A program made the position numbers and the translations under genes. 64,000 nucleotides of DNA from an uncultured Planctomycetaceae bacterium (GTDB lineage: Bacteria > Planctomycetota > Planctomycetia > Isosphaerales > Isosphaeraceae): positions 832,001-896,000 of the forward strand of contig CAWIAD010000001.1 of the NCBI GenBank assembly GCA_963833985.1. The letters are read 5' to 3'. Positions within the stretch are counted from its first letter, which is position 1, and each line of letters opens with the position of its first letter. The notes under the pieces are model-generated. The model did not search any database and was not told where the DNA came from. It worked only from the letters and a program-made list of their open reading frames with translations. Of the stretch, positions 40,153 to 49,650 are shown piece after piece.

Positions 40153-42128
40153 GCCGCCCCTCCCGCCGGACGCCGGCGCGGCAGGCAGAGGCCGGCCTCG
40201 ACCACCATCGCCACCATCATCGCCACCAGGAAGACGCGCCAGATTTCCTGGATCAGCCCGCTCACGCTGCCGGCACGGTCGTCGATCCGGGTCCAGTCGA
40301 GGCCGCGCACCAGGCCGGCCAGGCGGGAGTCGCTCACCACGCCGGCCAGGTCCTCGGCCCGCACCCGGCGCACGGCCAGGAGCCGCTCTCCCGAGCGGTA
40401 GACGCCGCAGTGGAAAGGATAATCCGTGGAGAGCCCCTCGTCGTTGCCCGTCACCCGCTTCCAGCCGGACGGGTCTTCACCCGCGAGGTTGCCGGCCGTG
40501 AGCTCTCGGGTATTCCCCAGCACCTTGGCTCCCTCCGCCAGGGCACGCTGTACGAGCACGTAGAGCACGACCCCGCCGCTGGCCAGCGAGGAATCGCCCA
40601 CCGCGGGCGTGGTTGCGCAGAAGTAAGCGCCGCCGGCCGTCGCGGGCACCCGGCCCAGCAGGGTCTCGCCCCCGCGCAGGCTGGCCAGAACCACCAGGTC
40701 GCCGGCGAGGCCGCAGTATCTCCGCACCTGGAGCTGGCCCACCGGCAAGGGTCCTCCGCTCTGCGTCTGCGCCAGCAGGTCCTGGTCGCCCCGCCAGCCC
40801 TGGACGGTGGCTCCCTGCGGCGGTGCCACCCAGGTTGTCCAGTGAACGCCCTGAAACTCTTCCGGCCCGGGGCTGCGCGGTGGCAAGAAGACGACCTGCC
40901 CGCCCCGGGCCAGGAAGGCCGTGATCCGCTTCGCCGCCTCGCCGGTGGGCATGGGCGCTTGCCAGAGCAGGAGCGAGACCTGCTCCCACTCCACGGTTCC
41001 CAGGGCGTCGGCCGCAACGACCTCCGCGGAGCACTTCACCGCCGGATCCGGCGGAATCGCCGCGGCGAGCTGGAGCGGCCGGGCGGCCTGCGGGTCCTCG
41101 GCCACCACGACCGCCTTCCGCAGTGGCGGCTCGTCGAAGACGAACCAGTCGTCGTTGTCGGCCGGGTTGGCGTCGGCCGGGATCGAGACCTTACCCCAGC
41201 CGCGCACCTGGCTGCGCTCCAGCGGGATACGATGGTCCTTGAGCTCGAAGGTGGGCCCGGCCATCTCCACGGAGAGCTCGGAGCGGGCCCCGTCGATCTC
41301 GAAGTGCACGGGGACCGACGCGCGCGTCTCGGCCCCTCCCTCACGGCTGATCCATAGCGACACGAAAAGCTCGGCGCCCGCCGCCGTGGGCTGGCGCCGC
41401 ACCCCGGTGACGCGCACGGCCATGTTGTCCGGGGCCGTCTCGGGATAGGCCAGCAGGTGGAACCGAACCGCCTGCGGGAGCTCCAGGAAGCCGTCGCGCA
41501 GGCTCTGCCAGCGGCCGCTCTCGGCGTTCCAGTCGTTCTCGCGCAGGTCGGAGCAGATCCAGACCTCGGTGCGGCCCGGCTTGTTGGCGCGTACGTAATC
41601 GCGTGCGGCCAGCAGCATGGCCGGCAGATCGGACGCGGCGCCGACCGGCTCGGCGCTGGGCGAGGTCAAGAGCGCCGCGGGAGAGTCCAGCGCGCGCGGC
41701 AGATTGGCCGCGCTCTCGATCAGCACCCAGTGCGCCGAGCCGAGGGTCTCGAGCGCCCGCACGAGCTGCCTGCGCCCGGTGTCGAGCTTCGACCCGACAC
41801 CCCCCGCACCCGCCTGCTGCATGCTGGGCGAGCGGTCGAGCACGATGATCGTGGTGTCCGGCCGTGTGCCCGCCGCCAGGCCCAGCCAGCCGCCCGCCAG
41901 GGGCCTGCTGATCGCGAAGACGAGCCCCGCAATCACGGCCATCCGGAACGCCATGATCAGCCACTGCCGGAGCCGAGCGTAACCACGCGACATGCGGTTG
42001 GCTGCCAGCAGGAACATCATCGCCGCCCAGCGGATCGTCTGGAAGCGCCGCTGGTTGATGAGGTGGATGATGATCGGCAGTGCGATCAGGGGCAGCGCAA
42101 GCAGGAGCATGGGCTGGAGAAAGCTCAT
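40149..42128 (-). CDS. BatA-domain/vWA protein
   Basis: MSFLQPMLLLALPLIALPIIIHLI...WAAMMFL; VLDRSPSM. Confidence 0.9.
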   Translation of the reverse strand: MSFLQPMLLLALPLIALPIIIHLINQRRFQTIRWAAMMFLLAANRMSRGYARLRQWLIMAFRMAVIAGLVFAISRPLAGGWLGLAAGTRPDTTIIVLDRSPSMQQAGAGGVGSKLDTGRRQLVRALETLGSAHWVLIESAANLPRALDSPAALLTSPSAEPVGAASDLPAMLLAARDYVRANKPGRTEVWICSDLRENDWNAESGRWQSLRDGFLELPQAVRFHLLAYPETAPDNMAVRVTGVRRQPTAAGAELFVSLWISREGGAETRASVPVHFEIDGARSELSVEMAGPTFELKDHRIPLERSQVRGWGKVSIPADANPADNDDWFVFDEPPLRKAVVVAEDPQAARPLQLAAAIPPDPAVKCSAEVVAADALGTVEWEQVSLLLWQAPMPTGEAAKRITAFLARGGQVVFLPPRSPGPEEFQGVHWTTWVAPPQGATVQGWRGDQDLLAQTQSGGPLPVGQLQVRRYCGLAGDLVVLASLRGGETLLGRVPATAGGAYFCATTPAVGDSSLASGGVVLYVLVQRALAEGAKVLGNTRELTAGNLAGEDPSGWKRVTGNDEGLSTDYPFHCGVYRSGERLLAVRRVRAEDLAGVVSDSRLAGLVRGLDWTRIDDRAGSVSGLIQEIWRVFLVAMMVAMVVEAGLCLPRRRPAGGAA

Positions 42129-43036
42129 CGCGCCCCCTTCGCCCGGGCCCGGCCCACGAGAAATCGCATGAGCACCTGCTCGTAATCGTCATCAATCCGC
42201 ACACGGTGGTAATCGACGGCCGATTCCAGCACCACCTGGCGAAGCCCGTCAAGGTAGCCATCGAGCGCCTTGTGGTAGCGCTCGGCGATCTCATTCGGCT
42301 CGGCGAAGAGGGCCGGTCCCCCCTCCATGTCAAGGAAGCGCATGGGCCGGCGAAAGTCGAAGCTCAGCTCGCGCGGGTCGAGCAGGTGGAACACGGCCAC
42401 GTCGTGCTTGCGGAAACTCAGGTGCTGGAAGCAGCCGCGCAGCAGCTCAGGCTCCACGAACAGATCGGAAAGGATGATGCAGAGCGCCCGCTGCCGCACC
42501 GTCTCGGCCAGCTCGTGCAACACCGGCACAAGCTGGGTCTCACCCCTGGCCTGCGTCTGCTCCAGCACGTCGTACACGGCCGTCAGGTGCGCTGGGTTGC
42601 GCCGGGGCGGGATGTTGCGAACCACGCCTTTGGCCACGCACGCCAGGCCGACCGCGTCTCCCTGGTTGAGCGCCAGGTGCGCGATGGCACCGGCCAGCCT
42701 GCGGGCGTACTCCAGCTTGGAGACTCCCTGCGAGCCAAAATCCATCGACCCGCTGGTATCCAGCATCAAGCAGCAGCGCAGGTTGGTGTCGGCCTCGAAT
42801 TCCTTCACGAAGAACCGGTCCGAGCGGCCGTAGGCGCGCCAGTCCAGCCGCCTCAGATCGTCGCCCGGCACGTACTTGCGGTACTCGGCAAACTCCACGC
42901 TCGATCCCCTGTGCGGGCTCGGATGCCGCCCCGATACCGTTCCCAGCATCGGTCTACGCGCCGCCAGGGGCACGCTCGAGAGACGCGAGAGCACGCCCGG
43001 ATCCAGAAAACTGCGCTGCCGGCGATCGGGGAACAT
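42125..43036 (-). CDS. DUF58 family protein
   Basis: GSSVEFAEYRKYVPGDDLRRLDW, LDTSGSM, ILSDLF. Confidence 0.92.
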   Translation of the reverse strand: MFPDRRQRSFLDPGVLSRLSSVPLAARRPMLGTVSGRHPSPHRGSSVEFAEYRKYVPGDDLRRLDWRAYGRSDRFFVKEFEADTNLRCCLMLDTSGSMDFGSQGVSKLEYARRLAGAIAHLALNQGDAVGLACVAKGVVRNIPPRRNPAHLTAVYDVLEQTQARGETQLVPVLHELAETVRQRALCIILSDLFVEPELLRGCFQHLSFRKHDVAVFHLLDPRELSFDFRRPMRFLDMEGGPALFAEPNEIAERYHKALDGYLDGLRQVVLESAVDYHRVRIDDDYEQVLMRFLVGRARAKGAR

Positions 43037-43173
43037 CGGAAAACCCTGTCTCGCGTATCGATGGACATGAAGCCGATCAGATTCTGGTTCCACACCGCGG
43101 ACGCCACGTGCCGGGTCACGCAGACCCGATCACCGCGGGCTCCCGGTATCGCCCGCCGCGCGCCCCGCCCCGG

Positions 43174-44200
43174 TCAAGCCTCCGTCGCGGTCTCCTCCAC
43201 CAGCCTGCGCGATTTGCTTGGCGTCAATGCCCTCGGCCTGCGCGGCGAAGGTGGTGATGATGCGGTGCGTCAGGACCGGCACGGCGACTTGCTGGATGTC
43301 TTCCAGGCGGACCATGTAGCTGCCCAGGAGCGCCGCACGCGCCTTGGCACCAAGTATCAGGTACTGCACGGCACGCGGACCGGCGCCCCAGGAGACCAGC
43401 GGCTTGAGCCACGAAGGCGCCGTCGGCGTCCCTGGCCGCGTCTTCCGCGCCAGCCGCGCCGCGTAGGCGTAGATGTGGTCGGGGACAGGTACCCTCCGCA
43501 CCAGGCTCTGGTGCGCGATCACCTCGGCCGGCGTCATCAAATGATCGAGACGGGGCAATGCCTCCCCAGTCGTCGTGCGCGCAATCTGGATCTCCTCGGC
43601 TTCCGAGGGGTAGTCCAGCTCGATCAGGAACATGAATCGGTCGAGCTGGGCCTCGGGTAGAGGATAGGTTCCCTCCTGCTCGATCGGGTTCTGCGTCGCG
43701 AGGACGAGGAACGGCTCATCGAGCGGGAATGCCTTGCCCACCACGGTCACGTTGTGCTCCTGCATCGCCTCGAGCATCGCCGCCTGGGTCTTCGGTGGTG
43801 CCCGGTTGATCTCGTCGGCCAGGACGATGTTGGCGAAGACCGGCCCGGCCACGAACTCGAACTCGCGCTTGCCGCCGGCCATGTCCTGAAGGATGTCGGT
43901 CCCGGTGATGTCCATGGGCATGAGGTCGGGCGTGAACTGGATGCGGCTGAACTTCAGCGACATCGTCTCGGCCAGCTTGCTCACCAGCAGCGTCTTCGCC
44001 AGGCCCGGCACGCCCATCAGCAGCGCATGGCCGCGGCCGAAGAGGCAGATGGCCAGCCGCTCGATCACCTCGTGCTGGCCGACGATCACCCGGCCAATCT
44101 CCGTGCGCAGCCGCGCGTACACCTCGCGCAGGTGATCGATCGCCTGAACGTCGTTGTCGCTCAACCGATCGTGCGGTGTCGCGGTCGCTGACTGCGCCAT
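43174..44200 (-). CDS. moxR: MoxR-family AAA+ ATPase (frameshift near 43205 in the last codons)
   Basis: GVPGLAKT, RIQFTPDLMP, LADEINRAPPKTQAAMLEAMQE, ATQNPIEQEGTYPLPEAQLDRF. Confidence 0.95.
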
Positions 44201-45024
44201 GAAGCGGCTCCCCAGGTGTGTTCCCCTGGAATAGTGCCCTGAAGCGGCTCGGATATTCCCTTTTTCTTGTGCCGTTGTACTCGGTTCCATCGACAAAAGT
44301 CAAAGGGACTTCGTGACGGGGCCGGCATTGCCGTGGGTCCCCGAACGAAATCGAACTTACAGGGCGGTGATGCTGCTCGCAAGTGGGCTTTGCAAAGCCT
44401 TTTCGCGCAATGCGCAGGGCATCCCGCCGGGCCGGCTGCCGGCAGGCGTCGAGGCACTTCCCGGGATGAAAATAATGCTCCTTGCTCCCAGGGCGGCTCG
44501 GGCGGCGAGCGGCGAAGGCGGAGACGAGGGCCGCTGGAGGTGCAGGTCACCCCTGGTTTTTCCGCCGTGGCCACGCTGGAATACGGATTCGATCGGTGCG
44601 GCGTGCGTACGGATGCCCCGGCGAGCCCTGGGAGGCAGGCGCCACGTTCCAGAGCTCAGGATGAACGCCCTCGCTCACGCCTCGACCACGCAGCGCGCCA
44701 ATGCCTCGACGTCGCCCGAGGACCCGGAGAGGACCGAGACCCCAGGCGCCGGCTTTGGCCTCGTTAGCACGCTCCCGCGCCCGAATAGTCCGGAATGTTC
44801 GCCTGCCCGGACACGAATGAGCAGGACGAGGACGCAGAGAGAATCAAGAACTGGACGCGTCCCCGTTTTACTTTCCCGGAAGAGATCTGCGGGGTACGAG
44901 TTGTTCCCGTTTTCTCCCCGGATGGCCGTGGATACTTGCCCTTCGATTCCGCGGGAAGGCATCGGTAATCTGAACATAATTGGCCAAAAAAAAATCGACG
45001 ACCATCACAAGAGAGGTAACAATA

Positions 45025-46191
45025 ATGAGTGGTGGTGATCCTTCTGTTGCCGGAGCCGTGCGGTGCAGACGCTTCGTCAGGGTCTTTAAGACCGTGCTCA
45101 CGCTTCCCATGATCCTGTGCGGAAGCCGTGCCACGAAGCTGGCCAAGCAATCGAGCGGAGACTCATGGGTGGGCAAGCGCGTCATCACACAGTTCGGGAC
45201 CCTCCTCCAGGTCGGCGGCCAGGTGGTCGATGACGCAGGCCGCGGCAAACAACTGGCACGGGGCAGGGACAATCAAGTTTTCCGCATCTACAAGGTCGAA
45301 CAGTTGAACGGCCCCTGGCTCTGGCTGGTGGCCGAAGGGTCCGGGGTGAAGGGCTGGGCCCCCGCCGTGAATGTCATCCCCTTTGACCATGCCATCGATT
45401 ACCTCACAAACAGGATCCGCGCGAACCCAGGCGCCACTGCCAACTACCTCTGGCGGGCCCATGTCTGGAGGGCCAGGAAAGAGTACGACATCGCCATCAC
45501 GGATCTCAACGAAGCGATCCGGATCGATCCGGGATTCGCTGCGGCCTACAACAACCGCGGCAACGCCTGGAGAGCCAAGAAGGAGTACGACAAAGCTATT
45601 GCGGATTACAACGAGGCGATCCGAATCGATCCGGGATTCGCTGCGGCCTACTCCAACCGCGGTCTCGCCTGGAGTGACAAGAAGGAGTACGACAAAGCTA
45701 TTGCGGATTACAACGAGGCGATCCGGATCGATCCGGGATTCGCTATAGCCTACTACAACCGCGGTGTGGTCAAATTAATCACCGAGAGGTCCGGGGCTGT
45801 CGAGGATGCTCGACGTACGTATGAGCTGAGCGGGACTAAGGGTGAACTGGCTCCCTATGCCGTCATCGTCGGGTACCTGGGGGCACGCCGTCAGGGCCAC
45901 GACCAGGACGCTCGAACCACGCTCAACCAAGGAGCGAATCTCGACTCCTCCGCCTGGCCCGTGCCGATCGTGCGGTTCTATCGTGGCGAGCTTTCGCGGT
46001 CTGACATGATGGCACCCGCTACCGACAACGACAAGCAGACGGAAGCCCATTGCTTCCTGGGCTATGAGCGATTGCTGGCCGGCGACAGGTCTGCCGCCCG
46101 CCAGCAGTTCGAGTGGGTTCGCGACCACGGGAATCCGCGTTTTACCGAGTACACGATGTCGCTTGCCGAGCTGGAGAAGCTCAGCCGTTAG
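45025..46191 (+). CDS. Tetratricopeptide repeat protein with an SH3-like N-terminal domain
   Basis: Three 34-aa repeats AYxNRG...KEYDKAIADYNEAIRIDP. Confidence 0.9.
   Translation: MSGGDPSVAGAVRCRRFVRVFKTVLTLPMILCGSRATKLAKQSSGDSWVGKRVITQFGTLLQVGGQVVDDAGRGKQLARGRDNQVFRIYKVEQLNGPWLWLVAEGSGVKGWAPAVNVIPFDHAIDYLTNRIRANPGATANYLWRAHVWRARKEYDIAITDLNEAIRIDPGFAAAYNNRGNAWRAKKEYDKAIADYNEAIRIDPGFAAAYSNRGLAWSDKKEYDKAIADYNEAIRIDPGFAIAYYNRGVVKLITERSGAVEDARRTYELSGTKGELAPYAVIVGYLGARRQGHDQDARTTLNQGANLDSSAWPVPIVRFYRGELSRSDMMAPATDNDKQTEAHCFLGYERLLAGDRSAARQQFEWVRDHGNPRFTEYTMSLAELEKLSR
45478..45765 (+). repeat. Three near-identical 102-bp tandem units encoding TPRs
   Basis: GAGTACGAC...GCGATCCGRATCGATCCGGGATTCGCT at 102-bp period. 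Confidence 0.85.
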
Positions 46192-46195
46192 ACTA

Positions 46196-46267
46196 GGGAA
46201 CCGAAACGCGATAAAAACAGGGGCGCGAGTCGTTCTCGATTCTCGCTGCGTACCCGTTTCGGTTCCC
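46196..46267. repeat. Short inverted-repeat element
   Basis: GGGAACCGAAACG ... CGTTTCGGTTCCC, 13-bp perfect arms; related to 48127-48334 and 44837-44878. Confidence 0.65.
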
Positions 46268-46393
46268 CCAGGTTCCCCGCCAAGTTCCATCCGTGACGGA
46301 AAGGAATATCTCAGATGTTCTTATAGCTAGCCGAGACCGCGATACAGTAGATATAAGTGCTCTGCCGGTGTTGGCTCACACCGAGGTTGTGGG

Positions 46394-47416
46394 TCACGCA
46401 GTGGACGAACCCGCCGACAGTTTCCGGCGAATCCAGCGGTAGCCGGTCATGCAGGTGATACCGATACAAAAAAGGCTCAGGGTGGAGGGTTCAGGCACGG
46501 TTCCGAATGAGCCCCCTGGGGCAGACAGGCGGTAGCTGAAGTCGTACTCGGACAGGAGCAGCGTGCCGTTATTCGTGTCGGGCGAAGTGAAGTCGCCGCG
46601 AGTACCGCCGCTGGCGATGATCGTCTGTGTGGCGCCCGCCGGGTCGAAGAGGCTGACTGTGCCGTCGTTGTTGTTGGCGATGACGTAGCCGTTGTAGAGG
46701 CCGCCTGAAATCGCTCCCGTTCCGTCGGGGCTGTGGCTGCTCCCGGCGCTGAATACCAGTGCGTTGGTCGCGATGTTGAATCCCAGGATGCTATTACCGC
46801 CGTTCTCAACGTAGACGGTCTTACCATCGGGCGAGACCGAAACGCCATCAATTCCATTACTTGCGAAGATCAGTCTGCTGGCTCCGGTCAGTGGATTGAT
46901 GTCGTAGACACCGGCCCCGGCACTCCCGACACCCTGCGCGAGCAGGTGGCCAGTGGCCGGGTTTCCCGCAAGGCCGTTGTAGGGCGTAAAACCGCCCGTC
47001 ACGCTGACAGGAGTCAGACCCAGTGAGTTACTGACACGATAGAGTCCACCGGCCACGGCGCGCTGGGTGGCGTAGGTTTGGCCGCCCGCATCGGCAACGT
47101 TGACCGCGTTGGGAAGGGAGACCGAATTCAAGGCGGAACCATATGTCTGGCCGTCGACGTCCACGAATGAACGCAGCAACTCGTGCGAAAAATCGATGAC
47201 CGCCATGGTGCCTTGATTCGGGTTCAAGAGCGGTGCGGCTGCGAGAAACGAGTAATTGCTTCCACCCACCCCGGTGGCGTAAGTCGATAGCTTGAAGCCA
47301 TCGGCGATGCCTTGCGCGGTGAGGGTCAGGCCTCCTGCCTGAGCACGGACCGTCGCGCAAAGGGCGAGGCCGATCAAGGCGGCAATTCGTGAGAGTCGGC
47401 GAGCTTTGCGGACCAT
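46394..47416 (-). CDS. PEP-CTERM sorting-domain protein (beta-propeller-like)
   Basis: Signal peptide; VSPDGKTVYV; C-terminal VPEPSTLSLFCIG...RWIRRK. Confidence 0.9.
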   Translation of the reverse strand: MVRKARRLSRIAALIGLALCATVRAQAGGLTLTAQGIADGFKLSTYATGVGGSNYSFLAAAPLLNPNQGTMAVIDFSHELLRSFVDVDGQTYGSALNSVSLPNAVNVADAGGQTYATQRAVAGGLYRVSNSLGLTPVSVTGGFTPYNGLAGNPATGHLLAQGVGSAGAGVYDINPLTGASRLIFASNGIDGVSVSPDGKTVYVENGGNSILGFNIATNALVFSAGSSHSPDGTGAISGGLYNGYVIANNNDGTVSLFDPAGATQTIIASGGTRGDFTSPDTNNGTLLLSEYDFSYRLSAPGGSFGTVPEPSTLSLFCIGITCMTGYRWIRRKLSAGSSTA

Positions 47417-47648
47417 CTGGCGATCCTCCTCGGGTCGAGATGCGTATCACCGTCGCGGTCGTGAAGGCAGCACGTGACTTGCATGCGTGATTGTGGGGAT
47501 ACTGAGATGCGTAATACGATTGGGTAACAAGCCTTTTTGGAAAAAGCAAGCAGAATTTGAGAACAGGTCAATTGCATTTGTGAAGATTTCACCACCAAGT
47601 GGCAAGTGAGAAACAAGTGAGGCAATCATAAAAAAGATAATATATGGA

Positions 47649-48113
47649 TTACATGGGCGGCTGCTTTGTGAGGGCAAGGCGGCGTCGATACCAGGGGACG
47701 TTGCGATTCTCCTGCGATAACTGGGCAATCTGAGATAGCCGCCGTGATCGTGCTTTCTGTATATGCCTGGCTCGGAGCTGCCGTCCCCGCGGTCGGAGGC
47801 CATAATCCAGGCCCAGGCAGCCTGCGGTCTCGACGCTCCAGGCGCCGGCGCCGTAGGGGCGTCCCGTCTCACCGAACGTCGAGTTCACCCGCTCCAGCCT
47901 CGTGCCGCCCGAGCTCTGCTCGACCGCGCTCATCATGTGGTTGCGATCGTCGGAGTTGAACCTGCACACGTCGCCCCTCGAGAGTTGGAGCTCGCCGATC
48001 GTGATTCCCTCGTTGTCAGACGTGAATGTGTAGCTGCAATCAAAGCTCAGCTCGCTGTCGGCGTTGTCGGTCATCGTGATCACTGCACGAAGAGCCGAGA
48101 GCGGATGAGTCAC
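47649..48113 (-). CDS. Possible hypothetical protein or gene remnant
   Basis: 154-aa ORF with a plausible N-terminal half and no recognised motif. Confidence 0.3.
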   Translation of the reverse strand: MTHPLSALRAVITMTDNADSELSFDCSYTFTSDNEGITIGELQLSRGDVCRFNSDDRNHMMSAVEQSSGGTRLERVNSTFGETGRPYGAGAWSVETAGCLGLDYGLRPRGRQLRARHIQKARSRRLSQIAQLSQENRNVPWYRRRLALTKQPPM

Positions 48114-48126
48114 AGAGACCAGATCA

Positions 48127-48334
48127 GGAACCGGAACGGGGAACCGAAACAGAGACGAACTAAAACAGGGGACGCGATGAGTTCTCGAGTCTAAATAGCT
48201 ACCCGTGGAACGGCCGCCCTCGGCCGTCCTGAGCCAGCCGAGGGCGGCTGGCCCACATTCGAAGAGGCGAGGATATATTTAGCTGCGTCCCTCTTTTCAG
48301 TTCCCTCCCTCTTTTCGGTCCCCGTTTCGGTTCC
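48127..48334. repeat. Nested palindromic element with ~50-bp imperfect outer arms and an inner REP pair
   Basis: GGAACCGGAACGGGGA...GGGACGC / GCGTCCC...TCCCCGTTTCGGTTCC; inner GCCGCCCTCGGC / GCCGAGGGCGGC. Confidence 0.65.
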
Positions 48335-48347
48335 ATGGCCAGCTAAC

Positions 48348-48813
48348 CCGGTGCGTCGTCGCTGCGCTCGACACACCCTGATATGGTTGACGTCGCAAGT
48401 TGCATGTCCGTAGGTACTTACGAAAGGCCATTAATTCTTTAAGATACAGGCGTACCGGAGGGCAGGAAACTTGCCCGAAATCGCGAGGGAGAAGATGGTT
48501 GCGTCGCGGAGACACGTCCGAAACACTGCGAATCTCTCCGCGAGGCAACCATCCCCTCTACAACTGTCACAGACCTCGCGACCCTCTCGCAGCAGGAGCG
48601 GGGAATCTCCGGGCCGGCGCTGGTTCAGCTCAGCGGGGATCCGCGCGAAGACCGTGACGCCCCGGGACGGCTGCGGGTTGATTTGCGTGACGTATTTCGA
48701 CTCCGGGTCCGCGGCGAAGATGCGGGCGAGCGGGATCAGGTCGGGGATCACCGGGCAGACCAGGCCCGGAAGCTGTAACCGTAGGGTGAGTCGAGCGGAG
48801 CGACGACGCACCG
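48348..48813. repeat. Pair of oppositely oriented GTAG-type REP elements (48348-48380 and 48781-48813)
   Basis: GTAGGGTGAGTCGAGCGGAGCGACGACGCACCG and its near-identical reverse complement. Confidence 0.65.
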
Positions 48814-49650
48814 TCGGCAAGCCGCAGCCCTGAACTCGTAGAGCGCGGACTTTCGTTCGGGCTCCATGATCCCCATCGTGAGCGCCCGGCAATCCATTCC
48901 CTCGCGCTGCCAGCAGCTTGAGGATCTCGCGCGTGCACAAGGCCGGGCCGCCGGCGGGGCCGAGATCGCACTGGATCGAGCGGAAGTGCCCGCGCAGGTG
49001 TCACCAGTGGCCCGGAAGCCGTGGCGCTCCAGGAGGAGATGAAATGGCGTGCTGGTTCGCAAGATCTCCGGCGTTTGCACCGTAGACTGATGATGACGGC
49101 GCACCGCGCCGGCTCCTTGGCATTTCGGTTGTTTGTACGGACCAGCGCACCGCCAGGGGAAAGCCGGGCGGCGCGCCGGCGGCCAGTGCCCTGGCCGTGC
49201 GGTGGGCCTTTGATGCTCTCGACCGCACCCGACCTTACGTGGCCGTCATCACAGCCTTTCGTAAACAAAAACGCACGACGAACCCAATTGAAAACTCAAG
49301 TTTTGCATGGTTAAAGCTATTGCAACATGGGAGTTACGTCCGATGGCTTCGTTGGAATGACGGTGAAAACGAACCCAATGGCGGAGGGCGTGAGCCGACA
49401 CCACCGGCACCGGACGGAGGCGCCCGGGGCAAGGGCCCTATCGAGAGATGGTCAGGGTCGCCTGCTGGAAATCTGGACACGCCGCGGAGCGCGCAAAGGC
49501 TGCCGCGAGCCCTCCGGTGGAAAGCGCAGTCCTGGACGGCATCACGCGTCCGACGCTGAGAACCGTTGCAGGGTCTGGCGGAATCCTTCACCATGGGATC
49601 TCCTCTCCGCGAACCGCCCGCGGCCACGTTGCTGGAGCGAACCGAACGCC

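Noticed and set aside
44640..48830. Integron cassette array or CRISPR array
   Set aside because: No integrase or cas genes, no paired RYYYAAC/GTTRRRY attC structures, and no regularly spaced identical repeats
48830..49650. Protein-coding gene upstream of the amidase
   Set aside because: No frame gives a recognisable or compositionally convincing protein
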